64,000 nucleotides of DNA. It comes from Squalus acanthias. Its lineage: Eukaryota. The notes below the pieces were generated by a model. It searched no databases. It was not told the DNA's origin and saw only the letters and a program-made list of their open reading frames with translations. The translations under genes and the position numbers were made by a program. The stretch spans positions 1,302,001 to 1,366,000 of the forward strand of contig CM059432.1 in assembly GCA_030390025.1 (NCBI GenBank). The letters run 5' to 3'. Of the stretch, positions 12,216 to 24,961 are shown piece after piece; position 1 is the stretch's first letter; every line of letters begins with the position of its first letter.

Positions 12216-12579
12216 ACCAGGAAAGCAAATTGGCAACCTCATCCCACACCTATGCCTTTGCCACTCTTCAGCTGACTGTTAGAAAGTGAACAAGAGATGC
12301 TTATAAGGGCGGTATCAGTGGTCCTGTGCCAAAGGAGTAATTTGGCAAAGGAAGTGCAGAATTGGGAGAGCAGGACCTGGATTTTCCCTCCTATTAGTGG
12401 CAAAGTAGGAGTCCCACCAATGTGAATCCGCCACTAACCCACTGCAATTTCCTCTCAGGACCTTAGTTTGCTATGCAGGGCAAGTTTAGAGCGGAAATGC
12501 CACTCCCTAGATTTACTGCTACTGGAAGGGAGAGAAATACAGTCCTGGTGCATAAGGGCTGCAGCCAGTTAAATGAATC

Positions 12580-12932
12580 AACAACAGCCACTTGCATTTA
12601 TATGGTGCCTTTAACGTAGTAAAAAAATCCCAATTCGCTTCACAGGAGTGGTAACAAAATTTAACACCGAGCTGCATGAGATATGAGGAGAGGTGACTAA
12701 AAACTTACTCAGAGGGGTGATGGGTGAACGGGACTTGGTGCGAGTTAGGATACAGGCAGCAGAATTTTCGATGAGCTCAAGTTTACGGAGGTGGAAGGTG
12801 GGAGGCATTGGAAAAGTCTAGTCTAGAGGTAACAAAGGCGTGGATGAGGGTTTTGGCAGCAGATGAGCTGAAGCAGGGGGCGGAGACGGGCGATGTTACG
12901 GAGGTGGAAGTAGGCGGTCTTGGTGATGGAGT
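12580..12932 (-). mobile_element. L2 fragments
   Basis: LRKLELIENSAACILTRTKSRSPITP plus reverse L2 tail. Confidence 0.75.
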
Positions 12933-13024
12933 ATCACTTATCTGAAAAAATAGCTAAAGCACCACCGGTCTCGGGAATGTCAGTCACTGGAAGGGCACAT
13001 AGATTATCAGACGCATCCCCATAA

Positions 13025-14514
13025 GTCCTTTTTGCCAGAGGTCAGGCATGATGGCCTTTATTGCTAGAGAGTTGGAGTACAACAGTAAGGAAGTCTTGCT
13101 ACAATTGTACAGGGCTCTGGTGGGACCACACCTGGAGTACTGTGCACAGTTTTGGTCTTTTTTAAGGAAGGATATACTTGCCTTCGAGGCGGTGCAACGA
13201 AGGTTCACTAGATTGATCCCTGGGATGAGAGGGTTGACCTATGAGGAGAGATTGAGTAGATTGGGCCTATACTCATTGGAGTTTGGAAGAATGAGAGGTG
13301 ATCTCTTTGAAACATATAAGATTCTGAGGGGGATTGACAGGGTAGATGCCGAGAGGCTGTTTCCCCTGGCTGGAGTCTAGAACTAGGGGGCATAGTCTCA
13401 GGATAAGGGGCCGGCCTTTTAAGACTGAGATGAGGAGGAATTTTTTCACTCAGAGGGTTGTGAATCTTTGGAATTCTCTGCCCAAAAATGCTGTGGATGC
13501 TCAGTCGTTGAGTATATTCAAGGCTGAGATATAGGGCTGGATTTTGTCAGCCCCGAGGAGGCGGGTATGGAGGCGGGACTGCCAGTAAAGTTGCAGAATG
13601 TGGGGGCAGCTGGCAAACCCGCCCCCATGCCCTTTTGCCAGGAGGCGGGAAGCCCTCCTGTCCCGGGTCCCGTCTCCTCGAGGCGGGAAAGGGATTAAAT
13701 CCTTTTAACTGCCTGTTAACAGTTAGTTAACAGGCAGAAAAAAGGATTAGTCCCATTTTACCTTTTCAAGTGCAGGCTTCCCAACCTCGGAGAACCCCGC
13801 TGGGGTGGAGGAGACGTGAAGGAGGTCTGCGGGGGTCGGAGGGGTCTGAAAGTGAGATGTAGAGGTGAGTGATGGGTGCAAGTGTGGAGTGGTAAGTATG
13901 TAAGGTGAGTGCTAAGTGTTATAAAAATGTTCACTTACCTTTGTTTCTGCCTACAGCCTTCAGCCGCGGTGGATCCGGAGTCCCGACATCTTCATTGTAG
14001 ATTTCACAGACTGGCTGTTGGATCCTCCAAACCAACAGCCAGGTGATTTCTGCACAGTTGAAAGGTTTGATGAGTCCCAAACACAAGGACTCATCAAACT
14101 ACACAGAATGTCAGTGTTTGACAGCTTCACAGAGCTGTCAAACGCTGACATTTCTTCTTTCAAGAAATCTTGACAGATGGCACGTCAGACACTGATGTGC
14201 TCTGTCAGTGACTTCCCCCTAATTGGCCAGCTGAGCCCGTTGGGCGGGCTTAACAAGGTCAATCGGGAAAATCCCGCAGGTTGGCCAGAGGCTGATGGAG
14301 GCGGGACATAGACCCGGCAAGCAGCAGTCCCACCTCCATCACGTCTCCATTGAGAAAATCCAGCCCATAGATTTTTGGACTCCAGAGGAATTAAGGGGTG
14401 GGATAGGGCAGGAAAGTGGAGTTGAGGTCGAAGATCAGCCATGATCTTATTGAATGGGGGAGCAGGCTCGATGGGGCCACATGGCCTACTACGGCTCCTA
14501 ATTCTTATGTTCTT
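13025..14514 (+). mobile_element. CR1 3' fragment split by a Harbinger MITE
   Basis: LYRALVGPHLEYC...TRGHS; continues GATTTTTGG after 14369 into the CR1 tail. Confidence 0.88.
13534..14366. mobile_element. Non-autonomous PIF/Harbinger-type MITE
   Basis: TIR GGGCTGGATTTT...AAAATCCAGCCC; 3-bp TSD ATA; interrupts a CR1. Confidence 0.85.
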
Positions 14515-15009
14515 AAAAGAGCAAGATTGTTTGGCACTGAAAGGGGGGTGGGGGGGGGTAAGCGCCATCAGAGGAATGGGGAGAGACGTGACAGAGTGAG
14601 TGCTGCAGGAGGATCAATACTTCACAAGAGTAGCTTGCCAATACCAATCAGACAGCCTTCAATCACCTCTTGTACCTCTCGTACTCTTTCACTCTCAGCA
14701 TTAGGGACTTCACTTCTCCAGAGGGAAACCTCTGCAAAAAAGCACCTTCCTTACTCAAAACCACTTTGCCAACTCACACAGACTGCCGCAAGGGCTGCAG
14801 CCAGTCTTCAAGGCCATTTCATTTAAAGGGACAATGTGCTCTACATCTCCTCATCATCACTGTAAAAGAAAAGCTGCCAGAACCTGGTCCATCTGCTACC
14901 CTGAGATGAGAGTCAACTCTTAAGACTACAAGGGGACCAATCCAGACCCCCATCTCTCAAACTGGTCTTACCGAGGAAGCACCTTGAAGCAGTAGATTAG
15001 CATTAGTAA

Positions 15010-15402
15010 GTTCATAGAATCATAGAATGATACAGCATAGGAGGCGGCCATTTGGCCCATCATGCCTGTGCTGGCTCTTTAAAAGAGCTATCCAATTAGT
15101 CCCATTCCCCTGCCCTTTCCTCATAGCTCTGCAAATTTCTCCCCTTAAAGTATTCGATTCCTTATTTCTCTTTATTTACTTCATCAAAACCCTTCATAAT
15201 TTTGATCACCGCTATTAAATCTCCCCTTAACCTTCTCTGCTCTAAGGAGAACAAGCCCAGCTTCTCCAGTCTCTCCACATAACTTAAGTTTCTCATCCCT
15301 GTTATTCGAGTAAATCGCCTCTGCACCCTCTTGAAGGTCTTGACATCCTTCCTAAAGCGTGGTGTCTACATGTGGACACAATACTCCAGCTGAGGCCTAA
15401 CC
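15010..15402 (-). mobile_element. CR1 3' fragment
   Basis: (CATAGAAT)n tail and reverse ORF2 end. Confidence 0.78.
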
Positions 15403-15482
15403 GCAAGAGAAAAAACGATTGTTTATTATATTAGTGGTGCCGTACTTGCCATCCTGATTTTGTTTCTGTTTGGTGACACTTA

Positions 15483-16470
15483 GGGGGCGATTTTCTCACT
15501 GGAGGCGGGTTTCGGTTTGGGTGGATTCGAAACCCGCCTCCACTGATAGGTTTGAAAAAATTGCGATTTTCCCCTGATTGGCCAGTTGATTTCAGAGGTG
15601 TGGGTTGCCCTTGGTCAATTAGTGTTTTGGGACTGAAACTCGCCTCTACTGACATCACTTTTCCAGCCTGATTTAAGGGCTGCTTTCTGCCTTGGATCAT
15701 TCCGCTGGATTTCTGCCAATGCTGCATCACCTGCAACATATTTTGAGAAACCACTATGTCCAATTCCAAGGCAAGGGCCTCCCCGAGGTTCTCGGATGAA
15801 GCGCTGCAAATGTTGGTTGAGGGGGTGAGAGCTAGCAGGGAGGTGCTCTTCCACTCATCTCGGAGGAAGAGGCCTCCCAAAGAAACCAAGGCTGTGTGGG
15901 TCCAACTGGCAAGGGATATAAACTCCAGATCTGTGTGCAGATTGGGTGAATGTTTATGTGTATTGATGAAATGCCATCCCTGTTGGAAACCATTAAAATG
16001 ATTTGATGGCAAAATGTTGGCGTCATGGCATCTGTTCTTTCGCCTTAGGCAGCTCCACATTGCGGGCTACGCGACACTTGCGTTGTCAGGTTGGTGGCCA
16101 GAGTGAAAGGAGGCCAGAGAGTCATGTTCATTGTCTATGATGTCTTAAGATGGAGCCAAGGACATGTGCCAACTTGGGCAACCTATGCAAATCTGGCCAG
16201 GATAAGTTCATCCCTTGCATCACGGGCAGCCATGTGCTCGCGTGCTGCCACTGCTGCTGGTCAATAGACCGACGCTCTGTCCTCCTCCTGCTCCTCCTTC
16301 ACCTCCCACTCCTCCTCCTCATCCTCATTCTCAACTGAGGAGGCCTGGAACTGAGCCACTTGCTCATCAGGAAGCTACAAGCCACGACGCTGTGCGATGT
16401 TGTGCAATGCACAGCAGACCACGACCATTCCGGAGACCCTGTATGGTGTATACTGCAGGGCTCCACATGA
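15483..16470. mobile_element. Internally deleted Harbinger transposon (Myb/SANT gene on +, transposase C-terminus on -)
   Basis: End GGGGGCGATTTT; 15756 ORF ASPRFSDEALQMLVEGV...WVQLARDINS; minus strand ~16465-16190 GALQYTP..VVCCALHNIA..acidic..ARDELILARF. Confidence 0.75.
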
Positions 16471-16879
16471 TCAGGAGTGGGTCAGCGAGCACAGCGGGGT
16501 GATGGTCGAATGGGACTTGGTGCGAGTTGGGATTCGGGGCAGCAGAGGCTGGGCCAGGAATGCATTGGACCTTGTTCATTTTAATTGGTTTCTGTTTCCC
16601 TTACTCGTGTAAAAATTATTTCAGATTTCTAGCATCCCCAGGATTTTGTTTATGCATTGGAACAGTCAAGTCTAGAGGTAACTATTTTTTGATTCATTCA
16701 TGGGATGTGGGCACCGCTGGAAAGGCCGGCATTTATTTCCCATCCAAGTCGCCTTCTTGAACCGCTGCAGTCCGTGTGACTTTGTTGTAGCGTTTTGGTG
16801 GGATTTGAACTCGCGTCTGCGGATTATTTAGTCCAGTCCTCTGGATTACTAGTCCAGTAACATAATACTGTGGCAACAA

Positions 16880-17477
16880 CAGCAGGACGGAGGATGGGTA
16901 TTCTGCGGCGAGTGTCTCACCTCCTGACTCCCTAAAGTCTTTCCACCATCTACAAGGCACAAGTCAGGAGTGTGATGGAATACTCTCCACTTGCCTGGAT
17001 GAGTGCAGCTCCAACAACACTCAAGAAGCTCGACACCATCCAGGACAAAACAGCCCGCTTGATTGGCAGCCCATCCACCACCTTAAACCTTCACTCCCTC
17101 CACCACCAGCGCACCGTGGCTGCAGTGGGTACCATCTACAAGATGAACTGCAGCAACTCGCCAAGGCTTCTTCGGCAGCACTTCCCAAACCCGCGACTTC
17201 TTCCACCTAGAAGGACAAGGGCAGCAGGCACATGGGAACACCTGCAAGTTCCCCTCCAAGTCACACACCAGCCTGGCTTGGAAATATATCAGCCATTCCT
17301 TCATTGTCGCTGGGTGAAAGTCCTGGAACTCGCTCCCTAACAGCACTGTGGGAGCACCTGCACCACACGGACTGCAGCGGTTCAAGAAGGCGGCTCACCA
17401 CCACCTTCTCGAGGGCAATTAGGGATGGGCAATAAATGCCGGCCTTGCCAGCGACGCCCACATCCCATGAACGAATG
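16880..17477 (+). mobile_element. LINE family B (CR1/L2-group lineage distinct from the main CR1) 3' end
   Basis: IYKAQVRSVMEYSPLAW...LDTIQDK; tail GGGCAATAAATGCCGGCCTTGCCAGCGACGCCCACATCCC. Confidence 0.8.
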
Positions 17478-17574
17478 CTACCGTATTCCCTCGGCATTGG
17501 AAGAGGTCAAGAGCAAGAGAGATTAGGTGGCAATTAAGGAGGATGCACCCCCCCCCCCCCCCCCTGTGTGGAAA

Positions 17575-18040
17575 GGGTGGGCGGGGCTTTGGGTTTGATT
17601 GACATCATCACGTGCCTGTCTGGGGCATGTGGATGACGTCAACAATCCCGGGACAAGAGGTGCGCGCGCAGCTCGCTGACCGTTTCAATTCAAAAGGCGG
17701 CGCGTGCGGGCGAGGGATCGGCCCGGGGAGGAAGGTCGCCGGCAAAGCCTACTCGAGCATCGAGGATCCATTTGGGGGCCTAGTCCCCGCCCCTCCTCAA
17801 TTTAAATGGTGAGGGGGGAGATGAGGCGTCGCAGACTGGGTGGGGATATGTAGATGGGTGTGTATACCGGCAGTAGTAGCCGCCGCCGCTGCTGCTGCAA
17901 TCTCCTTCAGTCCCGAGTTTTGGCGGGCCGGGGCGCCGGCGCCATCTGGAGAGTCGCCGCGCATGCGCGGTGGCGCCGGATTGGGCGGGAAGGGCCGCGT
18001 GCTGAGGGGGCGGTCACCCGGCGCGGCGGCTCAGCGACCC
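17575..18040. promoter_or_regulatory. CpG-rich promoter-like region
   Basis: GC boxes, E-box 17609, CRE TGACGTCA 17634, CHR-like TTCAAA 17689, YY1-like CGCCATCT 17940, NRF1 GCGCATGCGC 17959, ATTGG 17980; candidate donor TG|GTGAGG at 17809. Confidence 0.7.
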
Positions 18041-19945
18041 CCGGGTCCGCACACACACTGAGCCCCCCGGGTCCGCACACACACTGAGCCCCCCGGGTCC
18101 GCACACACACTGAGCCCCCCGGGTCCGCACACACACTGAGCCCCCCGGGCTCGGGCACCCTGGGCCCACACACACTGAGCCCCCCGGGTCCGCACACACC
18201 GGGCACCGAGTGCACCCCGGGCCCACACACACTGAGCACCCCGGGCTCGGGCACCCTGGGCCCACACACACTGAGCCCCCCGGGTCCGCACACACCCCGC
18301 GAGCCCCCCGGGTCCACACCTACCCCGCGAGCCCCCCGGGCCCGCACACACACCGGGCACCGAGTGCACCCTGGGCCCACACACACACTGAGCCCCCCGG
18401 GTCCGCACACACCCCGCGAGCCCCCCGGGCCCGCACACACACCGGGCACCGAGTGCACCCTGGGCCCACACACACACTGAGCCCCCCGGGTCCGCACACA
18501 CCCCGCGAGCCCCCCGGGTCCACACCTACCCCGCGAGCCCCCCGGGCCCGCACACACACCGGGCACCGAGTGCACCCTGGGCCCACACACACACTGAGCC
18601 CCCCGGGTCCGCACACACCCCGCGAGCCCCCCGGGCCCGCACACACACCGGGCACCGAGTGCACCCTGGGCCCACACACACACTGAGCCCCCCGGGTCCG
18701 CACACACCCCGCGAGCCCCCCGGGTCCACACCTACCCCGCGAGCCCCCCGGGCCCGCACACACACCGGGCACCGAGTGCACCCTGGGCCCACACACACAC
18801 TGAGCCCCCCGGGTCCGCACACACCCCGCGAGCCCCCCGGGTCCACACCTACCCCGCGAGCCCCCCGGGCCCGCACACACACCGGGCACCGAGTGCACCC
18901 TGGGCCCACACACACACTGAGCCCCCCGGGTCCGCACACACCCCGCGAGCCCCCCGGGTCCACACCTACCCCGCGAGCCCCCCGGGCCCGCACACACACC
19001 GGGCACCGAGTGCACCCTGGGCCCACACACACACTGAGCCCCCCGGGTCCGCACACACCCCGCGAGCCCCCCGGGTCCACACCTACCCCGCGAGCCCCCC
19101 GGGCCCGCACACACACCGGGCACCGAGTGCACCCTGGGCCCACACACACACTGAGCCCCCCGGGTCCGCACACACCCCGCGAGCCCCCCGGGTCCACACC
19201 TACCCCGCGAGCCCCCCGGGCCCGCACACACACCGGGCACCGAGTGCACCCTGGGCCCACACACACACTGAGCCCCCCGGGTCCGCACACACCCCGCGAG
19301 CCCCCCGGGTCCACACCTACCCCGCGAGCCCCCCGGGCCCGCACACACACCGGGCACCGAGTGCACCCTGGGCCCACACACACACTGAGCCCCCCGGGTC
19401 CGCACACACCCCGCGAGCCCCCCGGGTCCGCACACACCGGGCACCGAGTGCACCCCGGGCCCACACACACACTGAGCCCCCCGGGCCCACACACACCGGG
19501 CACCGAGTGCACCCCGGGCCCACACACACCGGGCACCGAGTGCACCCCGGGCCCAGACACACTGAGCACCCCGGGTCCGCACACACCCTGCGAGCCCCCC
19601 GGGCCCGCACACACCCCGCGAGCACACCGGGCACCGAGTGCACCCTGGGCCCACACACACACTGAGCACCCCGGGCCCGCACACACCGGGCACCGAGTGC
19701 ACCCTGGGCCCACACACACTGAGCACCCCGGGCCCGCACACACCGGGCACCGAGTGCACCCCGGGCCCACACACACTGAGCACCCCGGGCTCGGGCACCC
19801 TGGGCCCACACACACTGAGCCCCCCGGGCTCGCGCACACCGGGCACCCTGGGCCCACACACACTGAGCACCCCGGGCCCGCACACACCGGGCACCGAGTG
19901 CACCCTGGGCCCACACACACGGAGCACCCCGGGCTCGCGCACACC
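18039..19945. repeat. GC-rich minisatellite with higher-order units (26-bp monomers; 206- and 117-bp periods)
   Basis: CCCCCCGGGTCCGCACACACACTGAG variants; TCCACACCTACCCC marker recurs at 206, 206, then 117 bp x5. Confidence 0.95.
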
Positions 19946-19960
19946 ACTCACCCAGAGCAC

Positions 19961-20356
19961 ACTTGCATTTCTATAGTGCCTATCATTACCTCAGGATGTC
20001 CCAAACCACTTTACAGCCAATGAAGTGTAGTCTGTTGTAATGTAGGAAACGCAGCAGCCAATTTGCGCACAGCAAGCTCCCACAAACAGCAATATAATAA
20101 TCTGTTTTCATGATGTTGATTGAGGAATAAATTGGCTTGGACACCGTGTGGAGGGGGAAAGGGGGAGGGAATAGCGCCACTTTAATAGGAATTTTCAACG
20201 ACCTTCTGAGAGGGGAGACGGGGCTTTGGTTTAACGTCTCATCCGAAAGACGGCCCCTCTGACAGTGCAGCTCTCCCTCAGCACTGCACTGGATTGTTAG
20301 CCTAGATTTTTGTGCTCAAGTCCCTGGAGTGGGACTTGAACCTACAACCTTCTGAC
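19961..20356 (-). mobile_element. Deu-domain tRNA-derived SINE
   Basis: Reverse of GCTGTTTGTGGGAGCTTGCTGTGCGCAAATTGGCTGC; B-box GGTTCAAGTCC. Confidence 0.8.
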
Positions 20357-20889
20357 GGCTGACATGGAGTGCATTCCTCCTGAGCTATATACATCGTCCA
20401 GAGATGCCAAAGTACCTGTAAGGAGACTTAGCCCTGCTCTGTGTTTAACATATCCTGAAAGGAGGAATACGGGTAAAGCAGAGATGCAAGTACAGTTTTC
20501 AGCCTCGCCCCACCAGGAACCCATGCCTGGAAGTTGCTGAGCGCATGCAGCCCCATGAGTTACTCGCCTTCCTCCATTTGAATTATTTACCTCAATTTTT
20601 TTATGTTGAATTCATTAACTGGAGTTTCAATAATTTGACATAAATTTTCCAACATATCTATAGGTATGTTCATCAGTTTCATTGCAAAAAAAAGCCTGCG
20701 ATGGGAAACTGAATTTTCATTTCAGTAATGATTTGAAGGGTCATCTGACAGTATTTTTTTTCTCTACTGGCATGCAATATAACAATGCTACCAAGGGCAA
20801 GGAAGCAACAATCTGTATGCCCAAGTACACAATTCATCTCTGCATTCATTTAAAAGAATCCTTTAACCTCTACTACATGGCACTATCAA

Positions 20890-21692
20890 TTCATAGAATC
20901 ATACAGCTCAGAAGTAGGCCATTCGTCCTGTGCTGGCTCTTTGAAAGAGCTATACAATTAGTCCCACTCCCCTGCACTTTCTCAGTGGCCCTGGAAATGT
21001 TTTCTTTTCAAGTATTTATCCAATTCGCTTTTGAAAGTTACTGTTGAATCTGCTTCCACCGCCCTTTCGGGCAGTTCATTCCAGATCACAACAATTGTGG
21101 TTTAAAAAAAAATCTCATCTTGCATCTGGTTCTTTTGCCTATTATCTCAAATCTGTGTCCTCTGGTTACCAACCCTCCTGCCAGCAGAGAGGCATCAAGT
21201 CAGATTTTCTTAATTAACACGGTTCCCCCTTATTTTCCTGAACTCTTGCATAGCAATCTGTGGGGTCTAACAACAAAATATTCCAATTCTCAATCTGGGT
21301 ACCAGTGGGTGTGCCATTGTACATAAGAAATAGGAGCTGGAGTAGGCCATTTGGCCCTTCGAGCCTGTTGCACCATTCATCAAGATCATGGCTGATCTTC
21401 TACCTCAACTCCACCTTCCCGCACTATCCCCATATCCCTTGATTCCCTTAATATCCAAAAATCTATCAATCTCTGTCTTGAATATACTCAATGACTGAGC
21501 ATCCACAGCCCACTGGGGTAGAGAATTCCAAAGATTCACAACTCTTTGAGTGAAGAAATTGCTCCTCATCTCAGTTCTAAATGACCGATCCCTTATTCTG
21601 AGACTATGACCCCTAGTTCTCGATTCACCAGCCAGGGGAAACATCCTCCCAGCATCTACCCCGTCAAGCCCCTTAAGAATTTTATGTTTCAA
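20890..21692 (-). mobile_element. Two CR1 3' fragments (20890-21185, 21320-21692)
   Basis: CR1 tails and TRGHSLRIRDRSF motif. Confidence 0.8.
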
Positions 21693-21714
21693 TGGGATTG
21701 TTCTGCTTTCTCAT

Positions 21715-22018
21715 CGTTCTTTGCGTCTTTCTCTAATTTCTCACCTATCTCACCTCATGCTCTCTCCGAGCTTATCTTGTTCATGAGACCCACCTCTTAC
21801 TCTGTCGACCCTGTTCCCACTACTGAGCAGTCAACTTCCTTTCCTGGCTCCCAAGCTAGCTGATCTTGTAAACAATTCCCTCTCCTCAGGTACAGTACCC
21901 CCCCCCCCCCCCATTCAAATCTGCCGTCATCACCCTCCTGAAAAACTCTGTCTTTGCAAACTACCGCCCCATCTCCAACCTGCCTTTCATCTCCAAAGTC
22001 CTTGAACGCGTTGTTGCC
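21715..22018 (+). mobile_element. L2 RT N-terminal fragment
   Basis: ANYRPISNLPFISKVLERVV. Confidence 0.75.
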
Positions 22019-22147
22019 CCCCCCCCAAAGGAAACTTATTCGTCCTTACTGCATCCTTCACGCAGGTGTAATCTTTGGTGTGGAGGCCTTCATGTGAACA
22101 TCAGGGGCTTAAAGTCACCATTTTGCTCTTTATGTATTGTTGCAACA

Positions 22148-24090
22148 TCAACAGCAACTTGTATTTATATAGCACCTTTAACATAGTAAAACGCCCCAGG
22201 GTGCTGCACAGGAGTATTTTAAGACAAAAAATTTGACACCGAGCCACATAAGAATAAATTAGGGCAGGTGACCAAAAGCTTGGTCAAAGAGGTAGGTTTT
22301 AAGGAGCGTCTTAAAGGAGGAAAGAGAGGTAGCGAGGCGGAGAGGTTTAGGCAGGGAGTTCCAGAGCTTGGGGTCCAGGCAACAGAAGGCACGGCCACCA
22401 TAGGTTGAGTGATTATAATCAGGGATGCTCAAGAGGGCAGAATTAGAGCAGAGCAGATATCTCTGGGGTGGGGGGGGGTTGTGGGGCTGAAGGAGATTAC
22501 AGAGATAGGAAGGGGCGAGGCCATGGAGGGATTTGAAAACAAGGATGAGAATTTTGAAATCGAGGCGCTGCTTAACCAGGAGCCAATGTAGGTCAGCGAG
22601 CACAGGGGAGATGGGCGAACAGGACTTGGTGCGAGTTAGCACACGGGGCAGCCGAGTTTTGGATGACCTCAAGTTTAAGTAGGGTGGAATGTGGAAGGCC
22701 AGCCAGGAGTGCGTTGGAATAGTCAAGTCTAGAGGTAACAGGCATGGATGAGGGTTTCAGCAGCGGATGAGCTGAGGCAAGGGCGAAGACGGGTGATGTT
22801 ACGGAGGTGGAAGTAGGCGGTCTTAGTTATGCTGCGGATATGTGGTCGGAAGCTCATTTCAGGGTCAAATATGACACCAAGGTTGCGAACAGTGTGGTTC
22901 AGCCTCAGATGATGTTAGGGAGAGGGATGGAGTCAGTGGCTAGGGAACGGAGTTTGTAGCGGGGACCAAAAACAATGGCTTTGGTCGTCGCAATATTTAA
23001 TTGGAGAAAATTTTTGCTCATCCAGAACTGTATGTCGGACAAGCAGTCTGACAATTTAGAGACCGTGGAGGGGTTGAGAGAAGAGGTAGTGAGGTAGAGC
23101 TGGGTGTCATCAACTTACATGTGGAAACTGACGTTGTGTTTTCGGATGATGTCGCCAAGAGGCAACATGAAGATGAGAAATTGGAGGCGGTCAAGGATAG
23201 ATCCTTGGGGGACACCAGAGGTAACGAAGCGGGAGTGGGAAGAGAAGCTGTTGCAGGTGATTCTCTGGTTACGATTAGATAGATAAGAATGGAACCAGGC
23301 GAGTGCAGTCTCATCTAGCTGGACGACGGTGGAGAGGCGTTGGAGAAGGATGGAGTGGTCAACCGTGTCAAAGACTACAGACAAGTCAAGAAGGACGAGG
23401 AGGGATAGTTTATCTTTGTCACAGTCACAAAGGATGTAATTTGTGACTTTGATGAGAGCCGTTTCGGTATTGTGGCAAGGGCGGAAACCTGATTTTAGGG
23501 ATTCAAACGTGGAATTGCGGGAAAGATGGGCACGGATTTGGGAGGTGACAACACATTATGGACTTTGGACAGGAAAGGGAGGTTGGTGATGGGGCGGTAG
23601 TTTGCAAGGACGGAGGGGTCAAGGGTTGTTTTTTTGTGGAGAGGGGTGATGATGGCAGATTTCAGGGAGAGGGGGACAGTACCTGAGGAGAGAGAACCGT
23701 TAACAATATCAGCTAACATGGGAGCCAGAAAAGGAAGTTGGATGGTCAGCAGTTTGGTGGGAATAGGGTCGAGGGAGAAGGAGGTGGGTCTCATGGACAA
23801 GATGAGCACAGAGGCCATGAGGGGAGATCGGAGAGAAACTGGAGAAAGATGTGAGTTCAGGGCTAGGGCAGGGGGGAACCTTAGAGGAAGTTTGGCCCAG
23901 TGGGCTAGGGGAAGGAAGGGAAGTGGCAGAGGCAGCTGAACGGATGGTCTCAATCTTAGAGACAAAGAAGTCCATGAGCTCCTCACACTTGTTATTGGAG
24001 GTGAGTGTGGAGGAGACAGGGGAGAGGTGTTTAAGACTGTTAGCAGTAGAGAATAGGAGCCGGGGTTTATCTTTGCATTCCAGAATCATT
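22148..24090 (-). mobile_element. L2 LINE, ~1.9 kb decayed ORF2 plus 3' tail
   Basis: ANYRPITNLPFLSKV, FDTVDHSILLQRL, GVPQGSIL, YVDD, KTYLFDQAF. Confidence 0.9.
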
Positions 24091-24329
24091 CTGGAATTAG
24101 ATTCTATGCAGCAAAGAACAGTGGGAAAATATTGCAGTATTTGCTAATGGGAAGCATAAGAGAAACTAAAATACTTTAAAAAGTTTACTGCTCTGATTCT
24201 GACAAAAGCTATATGGTGAACATTTTTGAAAAGCATTTAACCTTCAATGGGTGTTAATCCACTCATAGTTGTTCAGCATACCTTTACAGAGATACTGAAA
24301 CTTGTTGAAGGATTAGAAGACATTAATCT

Positions 24330-24760
24330 GCCCGTTCACCCATCACCCCTGTGCTCGCTGATCTACATTAGCACCTGCTCCAGCAACGCCTCGACTTTAA
24401 AATTCTGATCCTTGTTTCAAATCCCTCCATGACCTTGCCCCTCCCTATCTCTGTAATCTCCTACAGCCTTCCGAGATCTCTGCGCTCCACCAATTCTGGC
24501 CTCTTGCGCATGCCCGATTTTAATCGCTCCACCATTGCCGACCGTGCCTTCAACTGCCTTGGCCCTAAGCTCTGGAATTCTCTCCTAGAATTCTCTCTAC
24601 CTCCTCCTTCTAGATGCTCCTTAAAATCTACCTTTTTTTGACCAAGCCTTTTGGTCATCTTTCCTGATATCTCGGTGTCAAATTTTGTTTGATAATTGCT
24701 CCTGTGAAGTGCCTTGGAACGTTTTACTATGTTAAAGGTGCTATTTAAATGGAAGTTGTT
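24330..24760 (+). mobile_element. L2 3' fragment
   Basis: RAFNCLGPKLWNSL and L2 tail. Confidence 0.78.
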
Positions 24761-24961
24761 ATACTGTGGATGTGCCTTCAGCTCAGTAAGGTATTTAGAA
24801 ATGTCTTGGAATCTGCTCACCCCCAAAAACATTACTCCCCTGGTCCTGAAGGTACCACCTCTCGCTGGTTGCATGGAGAAATATTTTTAAAACATTTATT
24901 TGTCTCCTTTTTACTTCTGACTCTTTTTAAAATGTTTTTATTGTTCATTAAGAATTTTTTT

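Noticed and set aside
12373..12545. Short degenerate MITE
   Set aside because: TIRs too imperfect to support by eye
17547..17565. Long C/G homopolymers (also ~21898, ~35938, ~56056)
   Set aside because: Slippage tracts with no further structure; lengths may be unreliable
17907..20023. Long ORFs (up to 546 aa) on both strands
   Set aside because: By-product of a stop-poor minisatellite whose 117-bp period is divisible by 3
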